Below, one piece after another: positions 27,331 through 36,669 of a stretch of 64,000 bases of DNA. A program made the position numbers and the translations under genes. Location of the stretch: NCBI GenBank assembly GCA_017503545.1, contig JAFVSW010000079.1, positions 4,133 to 68,132 on the forward strand. The letters run 5' to 3'. Below the pieces are notes generated by a model. It was not told the origin of the DNA and searched no databases. It was given only the letters and a program-made list of their open reading frames with translations. The stretch comes from Lentisphaeria bacterium. GTDB taxonomy: Bacteria > Verrucomicrobiota > Lentisphaeria > Victivallales > UBA1829. Each line of letters starts with the position of its first letter. The stretch's first letter is position 1.

Positions 27331-28376
27331 TGAAAGATTCCACACGTAAAATGCTTGCTGCCAGGATCCCCACCTTGATCCGGAATAACTTTTCCCGGAA
27401 AATCATTGCTGCTCTGATTGCCATTGTGGTATTGATTGCCGTAAAAAATCAGGATCAGCCACAGGAAAGTATTATCCGGAATGTGAAAGTCCGTTTTGAA
27501 TTACCGCAGAATGTCCGTTTCCAGACTCATGGCGAGCCGGAAGTATTTGTCCGTTTGACGGTCAAGGGAAAATCTTCTGTTTTGAACCGGCTTGCGCCGG
27601 ATCGTTTTTCACTTCCCGTAAAAATAACGGCGGCTGATGTGCGGAACGGGCGTGTCAGTTTGAATCCGGAAGATGTGATTTTCAATAAAAGTATTTTTTA
27701 CGATGATATTGAAATCATCAACGTACAACCGGCTGTTTACAATTTGAAATTGGATACCATTGTGGAACGGAAGATCCCGGTTCATATTACCCACAGTAAA
27801 AAAGATTTGCCTTCCGGCTATATGCTGGAAGAGATCCGCGTTCCCGGGGATCAGGAATATGTTACAGTCAAAGGTCCGGAACGTATTGTCAGAAATATCA
27901 GTAAAATCGATACGGATACTGTCCCGCTGAATCAGATTACACAGGATTTTAATATGACAGTTCCGCTGATCTGCCCGGATCCTGATGTTACTCTTTCTTT
28001 TGACAAGGTTGTAGTTCTCGGGAAGATTGCAGACCATGTACTCCGGGAAATTTCAGATGTTCCGGTCCGGCTTCTTCTGTCTCCTCCGTTCAATCTGACC
28101 AATGTGAATGAATACGAATTGCAGCCGGAAAAAGTAAGAATCCGGTATTTGGAACCGCGCCGTCGGGATAATATGAAGAATGCGGTGAAAGCATCTTTCC
28201 ATGTCATGGTGGATATTTCCGGTTTACATTCCGGCGCAAAAGAATGTCAGGTTCTGTATCGTTGTGTCAGACCGGATGTCAAGATTATAGAAGTCCACCC
28301 GGCAACGATTACAGTTACTGTAAAAAGCAATCAATTTGCTGCGAAATCGAACAATACTGAAACGTCAGCGGAATAA
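27330..28376 (+). CDS. cdaR: YbbR-domain protein (CdaR-like regulator of CdaA)
   Basis: N-terminal TM anchor, then repeated about 90-aa YbbR-like beta-rich modules. The start overlaps the cdaA stop (GTGATG). Fits the conserved cdaA-cdaR pairing. Confidence 0.6.
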   Translation: MKDSTRKMLAARIPTLIRNNFSRKIIAALIAIVVLIAVKNQDQPQESIIRNVKVRFELPQNVRFQTHGEPEVFVRLTVKGKSSVLNRLAPDRFSLPVKITAADVRNGRVSLNPEDVIFNKSIFYDDIEIINVQPAVYNLKLDTIVERKIPVHITHSKKDLPSGYMLEEIRVPGDQEYVTVKGPERIVRNISKIDTDTVPLNQITQDFNMTVPLICPDPDVTLSFDKVVVLGKIADHVLREISDVPVRLLLSPPFNLTNVNEYELQPEKVRIRYLEPRRRDNMKNAVKASFHVMVDISGLHSGAKECQVLYRCVRPDVKIIEVHPATITVTVKSNQFAAKSNNTETSAE

Positions 28377-28388
28377 CGGAATCATAAA

Positions 28389-29843
28389 ATGCCAGAACAT
28401 CCTATTCTTGAAATCAAAGATCTGACCAAATCTTTCGGTTCTGTTTCTGTATTGACCGGAGTCAGTTTTTCCCTGCCCGGGGGGACGATCCTGGGGCTTG
28501 CCGGGGAAAACGGTGCCGGGAAATCCACCCTTGCCCGGTGTATCCGCGGGGATCACAAACCGACATCCGGTTCGGTACAGATCAATGGATCCTGCTACGT
28601 GATCCCGCAGGAATTCACCTTGATTCCTGAATTGAAAGTGTATGAGAATATTTTTCTTGGCAGGGAACGGGTGAAATGCGGCATTTTACAGAAAAAAAGT
28701 ATGCAGAAAACGGCTGCCGAATTGTTGAAACGGGTCGATTGTTCCGTTTCTCCGGATGCCGTGACCGGTACGTTGAGTGTCGCAGAAAAACAGAAGATCG
28801 AAATTGCAAAAGCATTTTTGTTTGAATGTAATCTGCTGATTATGGATGAACCGACAACGGTTCTCAACAAACAGGAAACGGAAACACTGTTCCGGATTAT
28901 GCGGGAATTTCGTGCCAATGGCGGTGCAATTATTTATGTTTCCCACAAATTGGAAGAAGTGCGCCGGATTTGTGACCGGATCGCCATTCTCCGCGATGGT
29001 GTGCTGGTGGATGATCGCCCTGCCGCTGAATTTACTGCGGAAGAAATTGCAAAACGGATGGTCGGCAGAAATTTCAGCCGGGTATTCCCACCGAAGAAAA
29101 TGATCCCCGCTGATGCGGAAGAAGTCTTGCGTACAGAACATCTTGCCGCCGGGAAAATGGTACAGGATGTTTCTTTTTCGCTCCGGAAGGGAGAGATTTT
29201 GGGATTTGCCGGACTTGCCGGTGCCGGCAGAACGGAAATGGCGGAAGCCATATGTGCCTTGCGGAAACGGACCGGCGGAAAAGTTTTTCTTTTCGGGAAA
29301 GAAGTTGCATTTTCCAAACCGCAGCAGGCAAAAAAAGCGGGTTTGTCTTATCTTCCGGAAGACCGGCAGCGGACCGCAGTTCTGCCCCGTTTTTCTCTGA
29401 CCGATAACATTGTACTCGGTTCTTTATACAAGTATGTGCGTTTTGCTTTTCTGAAACGGGATCTGTGCCGGAACGCGGCGGAAAAATATATTGAACATTT
29501 TCATATCCGGACAGAGTCTCCGGAAACCGAATTACGGAACCTTTCCGGCGGAAATCAACAGAAGGCTGTTATTGCCAGAGGGTTGGATTCCGATCCGGCA
29601 ATTTTTATATTCGATGAACCGACACGGGGCGTGGATGTGGGGGCGCGTGGAGAAATCTACGACTTTATTCATGCACTGGCAGCGGATGGGGTCAGTTGTA
29701 TTCTGATTTCATCCGATTTGGAGGAAGTCATCGGCAATTGCGCCCGTGTCATTGTCATGCGGGAAGGCAGAGTCTGCGGAGAATTAACAGGCGATGCTGT
29801 CACAGAAGAAGAAATCATGTATCTGGCAACCGGAGTAAAATAA
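28389..29843 (+). CDS. Sugar ABC transporter ATP-binding protein, duplicated ABC cassette (CUT2, RbsA/MglA-like)
   Basis: Two nucleotide-binding domains: GENGAGKST ... LSVAEKQKIEIAKA ... LLIMDEPT, and GLAGAGRTE ... LSGGNQQK ... IFIFDEPTRGVD. Confidence 0.88.
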   Translation: MPEHPILEIKDLTKSFGSVSVLTGVSFSLPGGTILGLAGENGAGKSTLARCIRGDHKPTSGSVQINGSCYVIPQEFTLIPELKVYENIFLGRERVKCGILQKKSMQKTAAELLKRVDCSVSPDAVTGTLSVAEKQKIEIAKAFLFECNLLIMDEPTTVLNKQETETLFRIMREFRANGGAIIYVSHKLEEVRRICDRIAILRDGVLVDDRPAAEFTAEEIAKRMVGRNFSRVFPPKKMIPADAEEVLRTEHLAAGKMVQDVSFSLRKGEILGFAGLAGAGRTEMAEAICALRKRTGGKVFLFGKEVAFSKPQQAKKAGLSYLPEDRQRTAVLPRFSLTDNIVLGSLYKYVRFAFLKRDLCRNAAEKYIEHFHIRTESPETELRNLSGGNQQKAVIARGLDSDPAIFIFDEPTRGVDVGARGEIYDFIHALAADGVSCILISSDLEEVIGNCARVIVMREGRVCGELTGDAVTEEEIMYLATGVK

Positions 29844-29844
29844 A

Positions 29845-30846
29845 ATGAATATTACAACACAGGACCGGATGGGTAAGATCCGGAAAATCGCTTCCAAATT
29901 ATCAGGACCGTATGCCGCTTTGCTGGTATTGTTTCTGGTCTGTTCTTTCAGCAGTGATGTTTTTCTCAGTGCGGATAATCTGTTGAATATCCTGCGTCAG
30001 GTGTCATACAGCGGGTTGATCGCGTTGGGGATGACCTTTGTCATTGTCGCCGGGGGGATTGATTTGTCTGTCGGTTCCCTGTTTGCATTCTGCGGAGTCT
30101 GTTCCATTCTGGCGATCCGTAAATTCACGCCGGATGCGCCGGTTATGGGGATTTCTCCGGATGTCTGCGGTTTTCTGATTGCGGCAATTTGCTGTATCGG
30201 AGCCGGGTTGATTGGCGGTGCTGTAAACGGAGCAATCATTATTTTCGGCAAAATACCGCCATTTATTGCAACACTGGGTGCGTATTCGATTTTCCGTTCT
30301 CTGGCATTATTCCTTGCGGATTCCGGTACATTATCCACGAACAATCAGACCTTGTGCCGGATCGGGGAAGCAGAGATCGGGCCGGTTTCCCTGCCTGCCC
30401 TGCTGTTATTTCTGTTGACTGCCTTGCTTGGTTTTCTTCTTTCCTGTACATCGTTCGGCAAACATGTATGTGCTGTCGGTTCCAGTGAACGGGTGGCAAA
30501 ATTTGCGGGGATTCCTGCCGGCAGAGTGCAATTTATGACCTATTTGATTATTGGTGTATGCGTCGGGATTGCGGCGTTGCTGTTTGCGGGCAGATTGGGG
30601 TCTGTTTCTTCCTCCAATGCCGGGTTGTTTTATGAATTGGATGCCATTGCTGCGGTGATTATCGGGGGTGCCGCCATGTCCGGCGGGCGCGGTACGCTCC
30701 ATGGAACACTTGCCGGGATTCTGATTCTCGGTTTGGTCTCCAATATCCTGGATATGTGGGGAATCGCCGCCACATTGCAGGGACTTGTTAAAGGTTTCGT
30801 CATTATAATATCTGTTTTAATCCAGAGAAAGGATCGTACAGCATGA
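29845..30846 (+). CDS. Sugar ABC transporter permease (RbsC/BPD_transp_2-like)
   Basis: Polytopic membrane protein with GIDLSVGS and GGAAMSGGRGTLHGTLAG motifs typical of CUT2 permeases. Lies 1 nt after the ATPase gene. Confidence 0.85.
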   Translation: MNITTQDRMGKIRKIASKLSGPYAALLVLFLVCSFSSDVFLSADNLLNILRQVSYSGLIALGMTFVIVAGGIDLSVGSLFAFCGVCSILAIRKFTPDAPVMGISPDVCGFLIAAICCIGAGLIGGAVNGAIIIFGKIPPFIATLGAYSIFRSLALFLADSGTLSTNNQTLCRIGEAEIGPVSLPALLLFLLTALLGFLLSCTSFGKHVCAVGSSERVAKFAGIPAGRVQFMTYLIIGVCVGIAALLFAGRLGSVSSSNAGLFYELDAIAAVIIGGAAMSGGRGTLHGTLAGILILGLVSNILDMWGIAATLQGLVKGFVIIISVLIQRKDRTA

Positions 30847-31802
30847 AAATCAATATTTTGACAGCGGCAGTTCTGACAGCTGCCTTCACCTTCCTCCCCG
30901 GCTGCAATAAAAAAAGCCCGGATCAGGCAAAAAAGATCATCGGTATTTCCATTCCGGCGGCGGACCACGGTTGGACCGGCGGTGTTGTTTACTGGGCGGA
31001 ACAGGCAAAGAAGGATATTGAAAAGAAATACCCCGGTTTTGAAGTCCGGATCGCGACTGCCATGTCTTCCGGTGAACAGGTGGATAAAATCGAAAACCTG
31101 ATGATCCGCGGTATGAATGCACTGGTCGTTCTGCCCAATGAACCGGCACCGTTGACCAATGTCTGCACAAAAGTGACAAAGAAGGGCATCAAGCTGATCG
31201 TTGTTGACCGCAATCTGACGCAACGTGTGGAAGACCTTCATGTTGCCGGGGACAATGCCGGGTTCGGCAGAGCATGCGGCGAAGTCATTGCAAAAAAACT
31301 CAATGGCAAAGGTACAGTTGTTGTGATGGAAGGGATTCCCTGTCAAGTCAATACAGACCGGGTCAATGCCTTTATGGAAGTGATGAAAAAATATCCCGGT
31401 ATCAAAATCCTGGAATCCCAGACTTCCAACTGGCAGACGGAACGCGGTTTGACTCTGATGGAAAACTTCCTCCAGAAATACAAAAAGATCGATGCGGTAT
31501 GGGCTGGGGATGATGATGTTCTCCTCGGTGCGTTGAAAGCCTATCAGGAATCCAAACGCAAAGATGTGAAAATGCTTCTCGGCGGCGGTGGCAGCAAAGC
31601 CATTATCAAACGGATTCTGGACGGTGATTCTCTGGTCAGCCAGACGGTCACTTATCCGCCGAAAATGATTTATAATGCTGCATTGGAAGCGGCGGAAATT
31701 CTTTCCGGCAAAACGATTACAAATAAAGTCAAGATCGTTCCGGCAGAAATCATCACCTCTGCCAATGCCAAAGAAAACTATTATCCCGATTCCGCTTATT
31801 GA
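30843..31802 (+). CDS. Sugar ABC transporter substrate-binding lipoprotein (RbsB/periplasmic binding protein family)
   Basis: Lipobox FLPGC. PBP type I pattern (IGISIP...HGW..., VVDRN, AVWAGDDDVLLGALKA). Overlaps the permease stop by 4 nt. Confidence 0.85.
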   Translation: MKINILTAAVLTAAFTFLPGCNKKSPDQAKKIIGISIPAADHGWTGGVVYWAEQAKKDIEKKYPGFEVRIATAMSSGEQVDKIENLMIRGMNALVVLPNEPAPLTNVCTKVTKKGIKLIVVDRNLTQRVEDLHVAGDNAGFGRACGEVIAKKLNGKGTVVVMEGIPCQVNTDRVNAFMEVMKKYPGIKILESQTSNWQTERGLTLMENFLQKYKKIDAVWAGDDDVLLGALKAYQESKRKDVKMLLGGGGSKAIIKRILDGDSLVSQTVTYPPKMIYNAALEAAEILSGKTITNKVKIVPAEIITSANAKENYYPDSAY

Positions 31803-31835
31803 GCATCATATTCAAAACAAGAAAGTCAGAATGAC

Positions 31836-33122
31836 ATGGATTCAATGACCCCCGGAGGACAGGGAGGGATTGCGCCCCATAAGATCGTCACTATGGCGGA
31901 AAATGTACTTTCCATTTTGAAAACATCCATGGAAACGCTTCATACAAGCGGACTTCCGGCGGATGTGCAATTACGGAAAGTGTTTCGGGAAAACCGGAAA
32001 TTCGGATCCCGTGACCGTCATTTTATCACCAGTGCCCTCTTTGCGTATTACCGTTGGTATGGCTGGTTGGAAAAAATTTTCCCGGCTGATACCGATTTGC
32101 GTATGCGGTTGTTTGCTGCCTTTGCGGCGCAAGGCGATTTGCCTCTGACCTGGCAGCTCTGGTGTGAGGAATTACAGTTGGAGCCGGCTGCAATCGCAGA
32201 AATATTCCGACTCCCTACTGCCGAAGAAAGAGTGGCAGCTCTGGCAAAATCCAATATCATCTGCCGCAATGAAGACATGCTTGATTCATGGATGTGTGAA
32301 AAACTGGCAGACGGCGGTGCAGAACGCTATCTGCCGGCTTTGCGGTCACGTCCCCCGGTTTGGATCCGGATTCAGAAAAATACGGCTCAGGTCTTGAATG
32401 AGCTGGATAAAAACAAGGTGGAATGGAAAAAAGATTCCCGTTTGCCCGATGCGTATTGCCTCCGTTCTCACGCCAATATCAATCTTTGTCTGTTGGAGTG
32501 TTACCGGTCCGGCTGTTTTGAAATTCAGGATTTCGCGTCCCAATGTATCGGTTATGCTTCCATGGCGAAAAATGACGAATGCTGGTGGGATGCCTGTTCC
32601 GGCGGCGGCGGCAAAACTTTGCTCCTTGCGACCCTGCTGAAAAACGGCGGGCAGGTCACCGCAAGTGATATCCGGGAGAAAAAATTGGAGGAGATTAAGA
32701 TTCATGCGCAACGGGCTTCTTACAACAATATCCGGTATGCAAAATGGAATGACGCGCACAAAATGCAATTTGACGGAGTATTGACGGATGTTCCATGCAG
32801 TTCTTCCGGCAGATGGCGGCGCAATCCGGAAATGCGTTTGGTCTGTACACAGAAATGGCTGGAACAGTTGACCCAGACTCAATATGAAATCCTGGATAAA
32901 GCGGCGGCATCCGTCAAAATTGGCGGCGTGCTGGTGTACGGGACCTGTTCCGTTTTTAAAGAAGAAAACACCGGTGTGACGGATCGGTTCCTGGAGGAAC
33001 ATCCGGACTTTGAACCCGCACCGTTCACCATCGGTGATCAAACGCAATGGCGGCTGCAAGTCTTCCCGGAAGATGCGGATTGCGATGGCACATTCTGTGC
33101 CCGGTTCCGCCGGAAAGCATAA
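31836..33122 (+). CDS. rsmB: RsmB/NOL1/NOP2/Sun-family RNA cytosine-C5 methyltransferase
   Basis: SAM-binding DACSGGGGKT and catalytic DVPCSSSGRWRRNPE ... GGVLVYGTCS. Confidence 0.7.
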   Translation: MDSMTPGGQGGIAPHKIVTMAENVLSILKTSMETLHTSGLPADVQLRKVFRENRKFGSRDRHFITSALFAYYRWYGWLEKIFPADTDLRMRLFAAFAAQGDLPLTWQLWCEELQLEPAAIAEIFRLPTAEERVAALAKSNIICRNEDMLDSWMCEKLADGGAERYLPALRSRPPVWIRIQKNTAQVLNELDKNKVEWKKDSRLPDAYCLRSHANINLCLLECYRSGCFEIQDFASQCIGYASMAKNDECWWDACSGGGGKTLLLATLLKNGGQVTASDIREKKLEEIKIHAQRASYNNIRYAKWNDAHKMQFDGVLTDVPCSSSGRWRRNPEMRLVCTQKWLEQLTQTQYEILDKAAASVKIGGVLVYGTCSVFKEENTGVTDRFLEEHPDFEPAPFTIGDQTQWRLQVFPEDADCDGTFCARFRRKA

Positions 33123-33135
33123 AGGATTCATTTTC

Positions 33136-33792
33136 ATGCTCTGCGATGCCCATACACACTGGAAAGATGGAATGACGGATCAAGGCGTCATTCGTGTCGT
33201 CTCTTTCTTATCTCCTGATTTGCCAAAAGGTTATTCCGGATTATTCACCGCTGGTGTACACCCCATGTTTGCCGGATCATCCGTCATTCCGGATACATTT
33301 GACGGATTGTTTTCCGCTGTCAACTGCTGTGGAATCGGGGAATGTGGACTGGACCGCCGGGCAAAACTTCCCATGCAGGATCAGCAGAAATTGTTCCTTG
33401 CCCATGCGGAAGCAGCGGAGCGGTATGGAAAACCGTTGATCCTACATTGTGTCCGTGCGCAGAATGAATTGCTGAAACTCCACCGTGATTTCCGTCATAC
33501 GGTTCCCTGGATTATTCACGGATGTCGCGGCAAACGGGAAAAAATATTGGAATTGGCGGATGCCGGTTTTTATCTTTCATTCGGCGAAGGCTTGCTCCTT
33601 TCCGCCGGAAACATGGAAGATTTCTTCCACACCCTTCCCCCTGACCGTATTCTGTTGGAAACGGATGAAGCCAATGTTTCTCTGGAGGTACTTGCTGCGA
33701 CTGCTGCCCAACTGATGCGTTGGAATGTTTGTCAGTTTCAGGAACAGGTCTGGCAGAATTTCAAAAAGGTGTTTTCTTATGAGTGCAACTGA
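33136..33792 (+). CDS. TatD-family metal-dependent hydrolase
   Basis: MLCDAHTHW, GECGLDR, LILHCVRA, IIHGC and LLETD metal-ligand pattern. The ORF-track start at 33010 lies inside rsmB; the ATG at 33136 is used. Confidence 0.7.
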   Translation: MLCDAHTHWKDGMTDQGVIRVVSFLSPDLPKGYSGLFTAGVHPMFAGSSVIPDTFDGLFSAVNCCGIGECGLDRRAKLPMQDQQKLFLAHAEAAERYGKPLILHCVRAQNELLKLHRDFRHTVPWIIHGCRGKREKILELADAGFYLSFGEGLLLSAGNMEDFFHTLPPDRILLETDEANVSLEVLAATAAQLMRWNVCQFQEQVWQNFKKVFSYECN

Positions 33793-34525
33793 TTGGAACA
33801 GCCGTACAGCATTGCTGCTCGGTGATGATGCCGCCGGAAAACTTAAAAACTGCCATGTGCTTGTTGCCGGAGCGGGCGGCGTCGGCGGTATTGCCATTGA
33901 AATGCTGGCACGTGCCGGTGTGGGTGAAATGACCATCATTGATGGTGACCGGGTGGATGTGACCAACCGGAACCGGCAGCTTGTTGCTTTGGTCAGCACG
34001 GTCGGCCGTCCGAAAACAGAGGTGTGGGCAGAACGTTTGCGTGACATCAATCCGGAAATCAAACTCCATTTGCATAACCGTTATTTCACGGCGGAAGATA
34101 TGGAACATTTGTTAGAAGCATCCCCGTTTGATTGTGTTTTGGATGCCATTGATACCATCGCACCGAAAACGGCTTTGCTTGCCGCCTGTGTGCGGAATCA
34201 TATCCCGGTGGTCAGTTGTATGGGGGCGGGGGCAAAATTGGATCCGGAAGCGATTCAATGTGCCGATATCAGTAAAACGATCGTGTGTCCTCTCGCGCGT
34301 GTTATCCGCAGCAATCTGAAGAAACTGGGGATCACCAAAGGTGTCCAAGCGGTTTTTTCGACGGAGAAAGCCCATGAACATGCGGTAATTCCATCCGATG
34401 ATTGCGGTCCGGGAAAGAAATCGATTACAGGGACAGTCTCTTTTATGCCGAATTTGTTCGGTTGTCATTGTGCTGCCGCCGTATTGCGTTTGCTTACGGC
34501 ACCGTCTGAATCGTTCGACTGCTGA
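33779..34525 (+). CDS. tcdA: tRNA threonylcarbamoyladenosine dehydratase (ThiF/E1-like)
   Basis: VLVAGAGGVGGIAIEMLARAGVGEMTIIDGDRVDVTNRNRQ and PKTEV. About 250 aa. The ATG at 33779 overlaps the tatD 3' end. Confidence 0.7.
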   Translation: MSATDWNSRTALLLGDDAAGKLKNCHVLVAGAGGVGGIAIEMLARAGVGEMTIIDGDRVDVTNRNRQLVALVSTVGRPKTEVWAERLRDINPEIKLHLHNRYFTAEDMEHLLEASPFDCVLDAIDTIAPKTALLAACVRNHIPVVSCMGAGAKLDPEAIQCADISKTIVCPLARVIRSNLKKLGITKGVQAVFSTEKAHEHAVIPSDDCGPGKKSITGTVSFMPNLFGCHCAAAVLRLLTAPSESFDC

Positions 34526-34531
34526 AGAGGC

Positions 34532-35527
34532 TCAATGCGTTTTTTCCCAATTGCATAAAGCCTTGCACGTTCCTTTGAATTGGCAGTTCTCACAATAACT
34601 TTCGCTGGATGTACAGGGGAAATCCCGACAGTTTACATTGCCGTCTTCCCCGATCAAAGCCAGCATTTCGGTTGAACTTTCCCGGATCAATGACCGGATC
34701 GCAGCTTCCGGTTCCAGCGGGGAAAAGAATCCGCCTGTTTCATGGAAAACAAAGACAGATGAGGTTGTTTTCCGGAAGTTCCATTTTGATTGAACATAAA
34801 GATCCAGCAATGCGGCGGTGACTCTGGAGCCGATTCCGTCTTCTCCTTCCGGATCCCATGCCTGTGCAAGGAGGGAATGGAATTGTCCTTTATCATACCA
34901 TACGATTCCCGGTGCGAACCAGACGGGCCATTGTTCAAACTGGAAGGAAAGAAAGGGATCGTCAAGGCGCAATGCGGTAAAATTCAAAGAGAGAATGGAT
35001 GCAAAGATTTCGGATTTGATAAATGTTCCGTATGCAGAACTGAATGAGTCCACCGCCCGCTGCTTCATATCCAGCAAAGCGGCACTTTGATCAGGTGCCC
35101 GGAGAAATTCCAGGATTGCCGGTTTTTTAGGATCATCAACATATTCCCGGTTTTCCAGAGAAAATTGCAAATCAGTAACCGCTCTGCCCAGGTAACGCAG
35201 ACATGCCGCAGTAAAAACTTTTTTCCGTTTATCGATCGGTTGGACTGCCGCCTGCCGGAATGCACTCTGCATGGCAAGATGGAATGTTTTTGCAAGCCAG
35301 ATATGAAACGGGATTCTGTATTTTTCTATGTAAGCACTCCGGATAAGCGGGTTGGCATACATATCCCAACCGCCCTGCGCAAGATAATAGCGGATGAAAT
35401 ATGCTCTTTTACAGCGGCGGAACAGCGTTTCCCGGGCGTAAGACCAGGAAAAACGCGAGGCATGACGTATGCCATCGAATTCTGCGGCAGATAAAATATC
35501 CCTCTCAAAATCCGGTTTGATATTCAT
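34532..35527 (-). CDS. PD-(D/E)XK-superfamily nuclease-like protein with Cas4/AddB-type Cys pattern (C ... C-x2-C-x5-C)
   Basis: N-terminal Cys in FRRCKRAYF plus C-terminal CENCQFKGTC. The overall size and beta/alpha pattern fit RecB-like nuclease domains. Catalytic D/ExK residues could not be assigned confidently by eye. Confidence 0.45.
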   Translation of the reverse strand: MNIKPDFERDILSAAEFDGIRHASRFSWSYARETLFRRCKRAYFIRYYLAQGGWDMYANPLIRSAYIEKYRIPFHIWLAKTFHLAMQSAFRQAAVQPIDKRKKVFTAACLRYLGRAVTDLQFSLENREYVDDPKKPAILEFLRAPDQSAALLDMKQRAVDSFSSAYGTFIKSEIFASILSLNFTALRLDDPFLSFQFEQWPVWFAPGIVWYDKGQFHSLLAQAWDPEGEDGIGSRVTAALLDLYVQSKWNFRKTTSSVFVFHETGGFFSPLEPEAAIRSLIRESSTEMLALIGEDGNVNCRDFPCTSSESYCENCQFKGTCKALCNWEKTH

Positions 35528-35544
35528 AGCGGTGTTTTCTTTGT

Positions 35545-36651
35545 TTATTGTTGAGCAGGCAGATAATATGCTTTCCCCGGCGTAAGGTGGAATTCACTGC
35601 TGCCCGGCAGATTGACTTTTACTTGCGGATTTCCCACAGAAGAATGAAGTTCCATCAGAAAATCCATAAAATTGTTTTGCGGTTTCATAAGAAGGACTTT
35701 TGCAGAATTTACGGGAATTTTTGCCAGCATTTCGGCTTCCGCAACGGCATCTTCAAAATATCCGTTCCGGTCGACTAATCCGGCGGCAAGTGCCTGTTTG
35801 CCATCCAATACTCTGCCATCGGTCAACGGCGTATTGATCAATGATTCATACGGAATCTTTCTGCCATCGGCAACGACCCGGACGAATTCCTGATAAGAAC
35901 TCATGACCAGATTCTGAATGATCTTTTTTTCTTCTTCGGAAGTGGCTTTGCCGCCGTGGAGCATGGCTTTCATCTTCCCGGATGTATAGATTTGAGATTC
36001 CACACCGATACGCTGGATCAGCGTATGATAATTCCAGGCATTGATGATTACCCCGATACTGCCGGTCAATGTGGTTCGGTGCGCTACAATCTTATCTGCT
36101 CCCGCCGCAATATAATATCCGCCGCTGGTCGCTATGGATCCCATGTAAGCAACAACGGGTTTTTTTGCTTTTTTCAGTGCATGCCAGATCTCATCGGAGG
36201 CAGTTACTTCGCCGCCCGGGGTATCCAGATAGATCAGGATGGCGGCGACTCTGTGGTCTCTGTCGGCAGTCTTGATGAGTTTGCAAATTTTAGCGGAATT
36301 TGCATTTTCGTAAGAACTGTTCGAGTCGGAGAGGATTACGCCTTTTACATTGATTACAGCAATGATCCGGTTGGAATTGGCGGGTCCCTGAATCAATTTT
36401 GCATTTTCAAAAGCATCACCTTCTTCCATATCTTCCGCGTTCATTGCGGCATGGATCCCGGTTTCGACCAGAGAAAAACAACTGTAAATGAGAACTGCAA
36501 TGACGATCATGAAGCCGAACCCGAATACGGAACAGCAGCTCCAGAAATTCATTCCCGGTCTTTCTTTTTTATGTTTCGGTTCCGGTGTGTTCTGAATTGC
36601 CGGAGGGGCTGCTTCTTTTTTGTAATCAGAATAGTCTGTGTTTTCCATCAT
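35545..36651 (-). CDS. sppA: Signal peptide peptidase SppA (36K type, S49 family)
   Basis: N-terminal TM segment. S49 motifs LDTPGGEV, SIATSGGYYIAAGADKI and GSIGV. Confidence 0.88.
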   Translation of the reverse strand: MMENTDYSDYKKEAAPPAIQNTPEPKHKKERPGMNFWSCCSVFGFGFMIVIAVLIYSCFSLVETGIHAAMNAEDMEEGDAFENAKLIQGPANSNRIIAVINVKGVILSDSNSSYENANSAKICKLIKTADRDHRVAAILIYLDTPGGEVTASDEIWHALKKAKKPVVAYMGSIATSGGYYIAAGADKIVAHRTTLTGSIGVIINAWNYHTLIQRIGVESQIYTSGKMKAMLHGGKATSEEEKKIIQNLVMSSYQEFVRVVADGRKIPYESLINTPLTDGRVLDGKQALAAGLVDRNGYFEDAVAEAEMLAKIPVNSAKVLLMKPQNNFMDFLMELHSSVGNPQVKVNLPGSSEFHLTPGKAYYLPAQQ

Positions 36652-36669
36652 GGTATATCTCCTTTTATT

